From Eledone cirrhosa (taxonomy: Eukaryota): a DNA stretch of 64,000 bases. Each line of letters starts with the position of its first letter. The stretch's first letter is position 1. Positions 1 through 64,000 of this stretch are shown piece after piece. The translations under genes and the position numbers were made by a program. Location: assembly GCA_964016885.1 (NCBI GenBank), contig OZ024758.1, forward strand, positions 23,188,001-23,252,000, in the 5' to 3' direction. The notes under the pieces are model-generated. The model worked only from the letters and a program-made list of their open reading frames with translations, was not told the origin of the DNA and made no database searches.

Positions 1-159
1 ACCCATAGTATCGGAGCATGTAAATATTTTATTTATTTCATGTACTATAATATCAATTGGCATCAAATTGTCAGAATCATTAGAACATCAGATAAAATGC
101 CTTGCTATTTGTTTCAACAGTTGGTTGAAACAGTAAGGAAAAAAAACTTCAGTATTTTG

Positions 160-335
160 GTTGTGTCATCAGGGCCCAAAATTTGACTATCCACATCCTT
201 GAGGGACAAATACAAGGGAAAAGGGCCAGAGGACAGCAGAAAAGGAGATGGACTGAAGGAGTTTGGTGGAATATACAGCAATGGCAAGAGACAGGAAAAA
301 ATGGAGAGTGCTGGTCCGTAAGTCTAGACCCTTGA
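160..335 (+). mobile_element. RTE-clade LINE 3' fragment
   Basis: translates VIRAQNLTIHILEGQIQGKRARGQQKRRW, resembling the RTE C-terminal G-x-R-x-RGR-x-x-x-RW motif. Confidence 0.55.
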
Positions 336-534
336 CCTTTAGATATGAGGATGGGATGAGGAGAGAAGAGTATTTGTTTTGTCCCTCTGCTCTCTGAGTT
401 CAAATCTCACCAAGGTCAATTTTGCCTTTCATCCTTTTGAGGTTGATAAAAAAAGTACCAGTCTAGTACTGGGGTCGATTCTTCCTCTATATCTCTTTCG
501 CACTTCCATTCTCTCTATCCTTCTCAGGAAGAAT

Positions 535-3500
535 TCTGACCTGGAGAGAAGGACTGTGTCAGCTTTTAAAAATGCCCTTCCTAATGCCAAGCTGTACTCA
601 GACCTGGAGAGAAGGACTGTGTCAGGTTTTAAAAATGCCCTTCCTAATGCCAAGCTGTACTGAGACCTGGAGAGAAGGACTGTGTCAGGTTTTAAAAATG
701 CCCTTCCTAATGCCAAGCTGTACTCAGACCTGGAGAGAAGGACTGTGTCAGCTTTTAAAAATGCCCTTCCTAATGCCAAGCTGTACTCTGACCTGGAGAG
801 AAGGACTGTGTCAGCTTTTAAAAATGCCCTTCCTAATGCCAAGCTGTACTCAGACCTGGAGAGAAGGACTGTGTCAGCTTTTAAAAATGCCCTTCCTAAT
901 GCCAAGCTGTACTCAGACCTGGAGAGAAGGACTGTGTCAGCTTTTAAAAATGCCCTTCCTAATGCCAAGCTGTACTCAGACCTGGAGAGAAGGACTGTGT
1001 CAGCTTTTAAAAATGCCCTTCCTAATGCCAAGCTGTACTCAGACCTGGAGAGAAGGACTGTGTCAGCTTTTAAAAATGCCCTTCCTAATGCCAAGCTGTA
1101 CTCAGACCTGGAGAGAACGACTGTGTCAGCTCTTAAAAATGCCCTTCCTAATGCCAAGCTGTACTCAGACCTGGAGAGAAGGACTGTGTCAGCTTTTAAA
1201 AATGCCCTTCCTAATGCCAAGCTGTACTCAGACCTGGAGAGAAGGACTGTGTCAGCTTTTAAAAATGCCCTTCCTAATGCCAAGCTGTACTCAGACCTGG
1301 AGAGAAGGACTGTGTCAGCTTTTAAAAATGCCCTTCCTAATGCCAAGCTGTACTCAGACCTGGAGAGAACGACTGTGTCAGCTCTTAAAAATGCCCTTCC
1401 TAATGCCAAGCTGTACTCAGACCTGGAGAGAACGACTGTGTCAGCTCTTAAAAATGCCCTTCCTAATGCCAAGCTGTACTCAGACCTGGAGAGAAGGACT
1501 GTGTCAGCTTTTAAAAATGCCCTTCCTAATGCCAAGCTGTACTCAGACCTGGAGAGAAGGACTGTGTCAGCTTTTAAAAATGCCCTTCCTAATGCCAAGC
1601 TGTACTCAAACCTGGAGAGAAGGACTGTGTCAGCTTTTAAAAATGCCCTTCCTAATGCCAAGCTGTACTCAAACCTGGAGAGAAGGACTGTGTCAGCTTT
1701 TAAAAATGCCCTTCCTAATGCCAAGCTGTACTCAAACCTGGAGAGAAGGACTGTGTCAGCTTTTAAAAATGCCCTTCCTAATGCCAAGCTGTACTCAAAC
1801 CTGGAGAGAAGGACTGTGTCAGCTCTTAAAAATGCCCTTCCTAATGCCAAGCTGTACTCAGACCTGGAGAGAAGGACTGTGTCAGCTTTTAAAAATGCCC
1901 TTCCTAATGCCAAGCTGTACTCAGACCTGGAGAGAAGGACTGTGTCAGCTCTTAAAAATGCCCTTCCTAATGCCAAGCTGTACTCAGACCTGGAGAGAAG
2001 GACTGTGTCAGCTTTTAAAAATGCCCTTCCTAATGCCAAGCTGTACTCAGACCTGGAGAGAAGGACTGTGTCAGCTCTTAAAAATGCCCTTCCTAATGCC
2101 AAGCTGTACTCTGACCTGGAGAGAAGGACTGTGTCAGCTTTTAAAAATGCCCTTCCTAATGCCAAGCTGTACTCAGACCTGGAGAGAAGGACTCTGTCAG
2201 CTCTTAAAAATGCCCTTCCTAATGCCAAGCTGTACTCAGACCTGGAGAGAAGGACTCTGTCAGCTCTTAAAAATGCCCTTCCTAATGCCAAGCTGTACTC
2301 AGACCTGGAGAGAAGGACTGTGTCAGCTCTTAAAAATGCCCTTCCTAATGCCAAGCTGTACTCAGACCTGGAGAGAAGGACTCTGTCAGCTCTTAAAAAT
2401 GCCCTTCCTAATGCCAAGCTGTACTCAGACCTGGAGAGAAGGACTCTGTCAGGTTTTAAAAATGCCCTTCCTAATGCCAAGCTGTACTCAGACCTGGAGA
2501 GAAGGACTGTGTCAGGTTTTAAAAATGCCCTTCCTAATGCCAAGCTGTACTCAGACCTGGAGAGAAGGACTGTGTCAGGTTTTAAAAATGCCCTTCCTAA
2601 TGCCAAGCTGTACTCAGACCTGGAGAGAAGGACTCTGTCAGGTTTTAAAAATGCCCTTCCTAATGCCAAGCTGTACTCAGACCTGGAGAGAAGGACTCTG
2701 TCAGGTTTTAAAAATGCCCTTCCTAATGCCAAGCTGTACTCAGACCTGGAGAGAAGGACTCTGTCAGGTTTTAAAAATGCCCTTCCTAATGCCAAGCTGT
2801 ACTCAGACCTGGAGAGAAGGACTGTGTCAGGTTTTAAAAATGCCCTTCCTAATGCCAAGCTGTACTCAGACCTGGAGAGAAGGACTCTGTCAGCTCTTAA
2901 AAATGCCCTTCCTAATGCCAAGCTGTATTCAGACCTGGAGAGAAGGACTCTGTCAGGTTTTAAAAATGCCCTTCCTAATGCCAAGCTGTACTCAGACCTG
3001 GAGAGAAGGACTGTGTCAGGTTTTAAAAATGCCCTTCCTAATGCCAAGCTGTACTCAGACCTGGAGAGAAGGACTCTGTCAGCTCTTAAAAATGCCCTTC
3101 CTAATGCCAAGCTGTACTCAGACCTGGAGAGAAGGACTCTGTCAGGTTTTAAAAATGCCCTTCCTAATGCCAAGCTGTACTCAGACCTGGAGAGAAGGAC
3201 TGTGTCAGGTTTTAAAAATGCCCTTCCTAATGCCAAGCTGTATTCAGACCTGGAGAGAAGGACTCTGTCAGGTTTTAAAAATGCCCTTCCTAATGCCAAG
3301 CTGTACTCAGACCTGGAGAGAAGGACTCTGTCAGGTTTTAAAAATGCCCTTCCTAATGCCAAGCTGTACTCAGACCTGGAGAGAAGGACTGTGTCAGCTT
3401 TTAAAAATGCTCTTCCTAATGCCAAGCTGTACTCAGACCTGGAGAGAAGGACTGTGTCAGCTTTTAAAAATGCTCTTCCTAATGCCAAGCTGTACTCAGA

Positions 3501-3992
3501 CCTGGAGAGAAGGACTGTGTCAGCTTTTAAAAATGCCCTTCCTAATGCCAAGCTGTACTCAGACCTGGAGAGAAGGACTGTGTCAGCTTTTAAAAATGCC
3601 CTTCCTAATGCCAAGCTGTACTCAGACCTGGAGAGAAGGACTGTGTCAGCTTTTAAAAATGCCCTTCCTAATGCCAAGCTGTACTCAGACCTGGAGAGAA
3701 GGACTGTGTCAGCTTTTAAAAATGCTCTTCCTAATGCCAAGCTGTACTCAGACCTGGAGAGAAGGACTGTGTCAGCTTTTAAAAATGCCCTTCCTAATGC
3801 CAAGCTGTACTCAGACCTGGAGAGAAGGACTGTGTCAGCTTTTAAAAATGCCCTTCCTAATGCCAAGCTGTACTCAAACCTGGAGAGAAGGACTCTGTCA
3901 GGTTTTAAAAATGCCCTTCCTAATGCCAAGCTGTACTCAAACCTGGAGAGAAGGACTCTGTCAGGTTTTAAAAATGCCCTTCCTAATGCCAA
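535..3992. repeat. 63-bp minisatellite, about 55 near-identical copies
   Basis: unit GACCTGGAGAGAAGGACTGTGTCAGCTTTTAAAAATGCCCTTCCTAATGCCAAGCTGTACTCA; accounts for the three ORFs of more than 1100 aa with 21-aa repeats. Confidence 0.98.
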
Positions 3993-4067
3993 TATTTCTG
4001 TTGAAAAAGAAAGAGCCCAGCTGTCAGGCTCCAACTCTTTCTAATAGGGTCATACTGGCTTTAAACT

Positions 4068-4181
4068 CATATATATATATATAATTATACATACACACAT
4101 GATGTTGATGATGATGATATATATATATATATGTGTATATATATATGTGTATATATATATATATATGTGTATATATATATA

Positions 4182-4244
<63 letters not shown>

Positions 4245-4600
4245 ATATATATATATGTGTATATATATAAATATATATATGTATATATATATATGTGTGT
4301 ATATATATATATGTGTGTGTATATATATATATATATATGTGTGTATATATATATATATATGTGTGTATATATATAAATATATATATGTATATATATATAT
4401 GTGTATATATATATATGTATATATATATATGTGTATATATATATAAATATATATATGTATATATATGTATGTATATTATATATATATATATATGTATAAT
4501 ATATATATATATGTATATTATAAATATATATATGTATATATGTATATATATGTATGTATATTCTATATATATATATGTATATTATATATATATATATATA
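4068..4600. repeat. (TA)n/(TG) compound microsatellite
   Basis: seen directly. Confidence 0.95.
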
Positions 4601-4607
4601 ATTTCAG

Positions 4608-56383
<51,776 letters not shown>

Positions 56384-56403
56384 GTAATATTATTTTTCTA
56401 GAG

Positions 56404-56957
56404 CAGGCATGGGTAACCTTTTTCGAGAAGTGGGCCGCATGAGATATGGCTCATCATCAGGCGGGCCGCAAGCACTAATTTACATTCGTGCCCACATTAA
56501 AAAAAGGGGCAGAAACTCAGGTTGTTTTGATTTGTTTGGGGTTAAAAAATGTTGTCGCTGGAAACTTTGTCTGCATGACTCTGGGCACATCTTTGGATGA
56601 GACAGCGAGCCACCTGTTGTTCTGGGAGTTGATCTTCTGGTCCTTATTTGTCCCTCCCAGTGCAGATTCCAAGAAGAACTCCGTGTCTCTTCCACAAATT
56701 TGGAGGTTCAAAATTATTCAGGCGGGCTGCAAGCACTAATTTACATTCGTGCCCACATTAAAAAAAGGGGCAGTAACTCAGGTTGTTTTGATTTGTTTCT
56801 TCAGAATTTGTACACGTTGTTTTCCCTCAATTGTAAAAATGATAGAAAGATAAATTACGACTGAAAAGTTGGGGGTAAAAAAATCAGAAAGATTTCACTT
56901 AGGTAACTTAAGGGAGCTATTCAGAAAGGTTCGCGGGCCACAGGTTGCCCATGACTG
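56404..56957. mobile_element. non-autonomous hAT (Charlie-like) element
   Basis: TIRs CAGGCATGGGTAACCT and AGGTTGCCCATGACTG; 8-bp target duplication TTCTAGAG/ATCTAGAG fitting NTCTAGAN. Confidence 0.85.
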
Positions 56958-57486
56958 ATCTAGAGAAATGTTTTGACAGTCGATCGATAGGATCCCTAGA
57001 CCTCATTCACTTAAGGGTGGGTGGAACTTGTCAAATCGACCGAGGAAAACAATGTTTCCATTGGTCTTTCCAATTGCTAATACTATCTGTCAGTCACAAA
57101 TCCAGGCAGTGTCTTGCTCACTGGCTGGATATCCAACTATCTTGCTCGGGGTCTACCCCTGGGTCTCTTGCCAGTTGGGTTTGCTCTTAAAATCAAAAAC
57201 AGAAAAAAATTATAAATATGAAAGATACATTTCCATCAAGTGTCTTGCTCAAGGACATAATACTTCGCCCGGTCTGGGAATCGAACTCACAACCTGACGA
57301 TTGCAAATCCAATTCTCTAACCACCCAGCCATGTGCTCTCACTGAGGAATAGGTTTATATAGCATTTATGATCATTATCATGGTAATCATCATCATCAAC
57401 CTGATGATCATTACCATCATCACCAGTATTGCTTTAACATATCTTTTCTAAGATGATGAGAACTAGATTGATCTGCAAGCTTACTA

Positions 57487-57846
57487 TCCAAGGTTGGTTG
57501 AAAGGTTCATATGCCGAAAAGTTCATAGGCTGACCAAGATACTCTCATGGAATGACCAAATGAAGTTTATTTTTCAACATAGTCCCTGGAAAGAAAGAAT
57601 GCGATTGTTAATTATAAGAGTTGAAATTAATGCCTACAAGATTTCACAGCTCTAGCATCACTCCTTCATAGGCTGATCAAGATACTCTCATGGAATGACC
57701 AAATGAGGTTTATTTTTCAACATAGTCCTCTGGAAAGAAACAATGTAGTTATTAATAAGATGAGTTGAAATTAATGCATGCAAGATTTCACAGCTCTAGC
57801 ATCACTCCTTCATAGTCAGCTTATGAACTTTTCAGCCAAACCTCAT
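57487..57846. mobile_element. mariner-like MITE with an internal duplication
   Basis: inverted ends GAAAAGTTCATAGGCTGAC and GTCAGCTTATGAACTTTTC; an internal direct repeat of about 140 bp. Confidence 0.6.
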
Positions 57847-57981
57847 CCCTTTTTCAATGGTGATAAGAACTATATTGATCTGCAAGTTTACCATATTTGG
57901 TATCCCTAAATACTACCAAATAATCAAAATCCCAAAGAAATATTGTTATAGTTTTTTTTCACCATCCCCCTACCTTCCATT

Positions 57982-58387
57982 TACACACACACACACACAC
58001 GTACACACACATACACACACGCATACATACATTCACACACACATACACACATACATACGTTCACACATACATACGTTCACACACACATACATTCACACAC
58101 ACACACACATACATTCACACACACACACATTCACACACACACACACATTCACACACACACACATTCACACACATACATACACCACACACACATTCACACA
58201 CACACATACATACATACACACACACACATTCACACACACACACATACATACATACACATATTCACACAAAACACACACACACACACACATTCACACACAC
58301 ATATTCACACAAACACACACATTCACACATTCACACAAACACACACACACATTCACACAAACACACACACACATTCACACACACATT

Positions 58388-58418
<31 letters not shown>

Positions 58419-58478
58419 ACACATTCACACACACATTCAAACACATACACACACACACATACACACATACACACACAT
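57982..58478. repeat. (CA)-based compound microsatellite
   Basis: seen directly. Confidence 0.95.
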
Positions 58479-58540
58479 TGTGAGATGGACAGAAGTCACT
58501 GAAATTTCTCTATAGATAACATGTAATATCAAACCCTTTT

Positions 58541-58740
58541 NNNNNNNNNNNNNNNNNNNNNNNNNNNNNNNNNNNNNNNNNNNNNNNNNNNNNNNNNNNN
58601 NNNNNNNNNNNNNNNNNNNNNNNNNNNNNNNNNNNNNNNNNNNNNNNNNNNNNNNNNNNNNNNNNNNNNNNNNNNNNNNNNNNNNNNNNNNNNNNNNNNN
58701 NNNNNNNNNNNNNNNNNNNNNNNNNNNNNNNNNNNNNNNN
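58541..58740. other. assembly gap (200 N)
   Basis: run of N. Confidence 1.
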
Positions 58741-61481
<2,741 letters not shown>

Positions 61482-63344
61482 TGGTGGCTGCCAACTCGTT
61501 TTCGAGTACGGCCACTACTTTATATCCATGTAGGAGAAGCCCCTACCGATGCGCTGAACGAGTGTGACTTTTTAGTCCAGCCAGCGACTTGAAAACTCTG
61601 GTACAAACACTACACCTGTGACAATTATTGACACATAGTGCTGGGCCCATGGTACCATGTGATGACAAGTGCAGAGAGATCTCCAGATATAAAGCAATGC
61701 CTGTGCCGTGAAGCTTTTATAGTGAGCAAAGGCACTGCACAAAGCCAGTCCCACTCTCTTAACCAAGATGATATTTACCAAAAAGAAGAACAAGTCAACA
61801 TCATTGGATACCATCAGGGTTGCAGGTGTTATATCAGAGTTTTCCTTCTCCTAGAATTCTGCCTTGACAAAGGCTAAGGGGTCATCTCTCCCGGTGATTT
61901 TGGATGGCCATTGACTCTTAAGAGCTCCTTTGCCCTTTGACAGGTTTTGTTTTTAGTCCTGCAGGATGTCCAAAGTCACCCTCCTCACCAAGAAACCTTG
62001 GCGGGGTTGCCAGTTTAGTCGCCAACGACCCGACCATGAGACAGGTTGTACTGGGATACATGTTACCAGTAGTACCAACTGGTGACCTGACACATATATA
62101 TATACACATATATATATATACATATATATGATATAAGCATTAAAAATAGTGCATTATGTGAGGCGCATATAATCTGGAAAATACACTCCCCTGACTATGA
62201 AAATGTCGAAGTACATGAAGTCCATAACATCCCTTCGCTGTGCATTTCCAATACTTTTAATATTTTTAATGCTTGCACTATTTTTTAATGCTTATATCAT
62301 TTCTCCACACACAGACTATAACAATCATATAAAGAATTTGCAACCAGATCAACCAACCTAACACTCTTGTTTACCTACCTAAGTGCTTCTACTACACGTA
62401 ACTCTCTGCCACACTATATAAATAAGACGCACGTGCTTGTCACACATATAACATTTGCACTATATAACCGCTTATTCTCATGTTGTATTTTAACCTGTAT
62501 TTTTTATTGTACCTTTTAATATGAATGTAATCTCTAAGTGTGTACTGCCACTCTAAATGCTGTAATGAATGTTGACCCACAATATTTGCATATGTATCTG
62601 TATGTCTCTTGGGTGAAAAGGAGGTCATATAACTGTTCATTCATTAATAAATTGCTCCGAAGAATCCAAACCTCGGTTTGGAGGAAACAGTTGTAAGCAC
62701 AAAAATGTTTTGAACAGTTCTTTGATTCTTATATTTCATATAACTGCTCTGTAAATCATCTGATGTTTTTACATTGAGCTACTTAACTTACTGATAATAA
62801 GGTAGTAATATATTACTGCCTACCACTATTTAGGGTTTGTGTATAAAAAATATATATAACTGCAAAAGGTTTTTGTATTTACATAACCATAAATAGTATA
62901 ATTAATACTATATATACATATACATATATATCCATATATCCATACACACACATATATAGAGAGATGACTGTATTAGTATGGACATGTGATGTACATATGG
63001 ATGGTGATCGCTATATCCAGAAGTGTCAAGAAATCTCACTGTAAGGAAGGCACAATAGAGAAAGGCTAAAGACCTGGGCAGATACTGTTAGAGGTGATCT
63101 GAAATTGCTGAAACTCAGGTTCCTTCCTTCCCCTACCCCACACTTCTTTTACCCCTTTCCACCTTCGAAACCATTTTTAAAAAATAATTGTTTCTACTTT
63201 TGGCACAAGGCCAGCAAATACCCATTGCATTACTGGATCGATAAAATAAAGTTAACCTCAGAATGGCAAGGGCCGTAACTCTATACGTCCAAGCATGGCG
63301 TCCGACCCTCTACCGATACTGCCAATCCACCGCCGTTTAAAAAA

Positions 63345-63735
63345 TGATGATTTCTTTATTAGCCACACAGGGCTCACATTAAGGAAACATTAAAGACTGT
63401 ACAGGACGATACAGTGTGGGTGTTTCTTTGTCTAAAATAAAATTTGTAAAAGGGACTAGGAAAATGAATATTTGAAACAAACATAAATTCCCCAAAGTTG
63501 AGGAGACTCCAAGGGTCATTTGTGTAGAAATCCCACAAAAGCCATGGTCATCCTCTCCACTAGGACAAAGTGACCTCTCCCAATTTTTCTACTCCAGATT
63601 ACAGGTGTATACTCAAGGCAGGACCATTCTCACCTTCTCTCACCCACCTTTCAACAAACTTGTTGGAGGGCAGCACTTCCCTCTCCACGCTGACTTTCCT
63701 CTTCAAGTGAAATCTGAAAAAGTTAATCGGGGATT
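63345..63735 (-). mobile_element. probable L1/Tx1-like LINE 3' fragment
   Basis: minus strand encodes FFRFHLKRKVSVEREVL...FVERW, followed by a UTR ending in AATAAAG; the family call is from recall only. Confidence 0.4.
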
Positions 63736-64000
63736 CACCAAAGACTAATAAATGCATTTTTTTAAATTCATTTTCTAATAAAATATCTTTATTTTTCTAC
63801 ATCATTATTGAAGTACAGAAAAACATTTTTTTAACATTTTCTCTTTTGTTAAACAAAAAATCTTTCAATTATAGTTAGAATTTTAATACTCTATTATACA
63901 TAATGATATATTTCCTAATCTGTTCACAGTATAAATCTGATGATATTTCTTGAAAAAAAAGTTTGTATTAATTTTGTCAACAATTCACATTTTGGAACTT

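Noticed and set aside
429-4084. Three ORFs of 1120-1201 aa with 21-aa repeats
   Set aside because: They are a by-product of a 63-bp unit that lacks stops in several frames on both strands. One frame is broken at 661, the unit derives from a dispersed repeat, and there is no splice context.
62330-62770. Possible Penelope GIY-YIG endonuclease remnant on the minus strand (LIYIV...TC...VG)
   Set aside because: It is too degenerate, with stops, to support by eye.

Overview
This is AT-rich, microsatellite-laden eukaryotic DNA. The repeat landscape (tRNA/CORE-type SINEs with (GAT)n tails, RTE LINEs, long TA/CA arrays) suggests a cephalopod such as Octopus, which is an inference. The window is the interior of one large + strand gene. 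I assembled 25 GT-AG exons by hand (4608-56383, 3757 nt, about 1250 aa), with no stops and compatible phases at every junction. They encode part of an unusually long first extracellular domain (ECD1) of an ABCA-subfamily lipid transporter, with the motifs IICG, W-x-x-LKPL-x-x-GKILYTP, FLAAIVF and HIKYEIRMDIDNV. The start, TM1 and the ATPase domains lie outside the window. The ECD1 appears to be built from repeated exon modules bounded by phase-1 introns, three of which carry the same ABCA1-like two-cysteine subdomain. It also has a His/Asp-rich loop ending in a furin-type RSKR site. The introns are packed with mobile elements: a near full-length degraded RTE LINE, Rex3-like, CR1/L2, Vingi-like and R4-like LINE fragments, two SINE families, piggyBac-like, mariner-like and hAT MITEs, and Helitron-like ends. 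They also hold foldback hairpins and several tandem arrays (units of 63, 48/45, 61, about 72, 131 and 173 bp), most of which can be traced to a segment of a dispersed repeat in the same window. All very long ORFs in the track are repeat artefacts. There is a 200-N gap at 58541-58740. Family names come from recalled motifs, not database searches.
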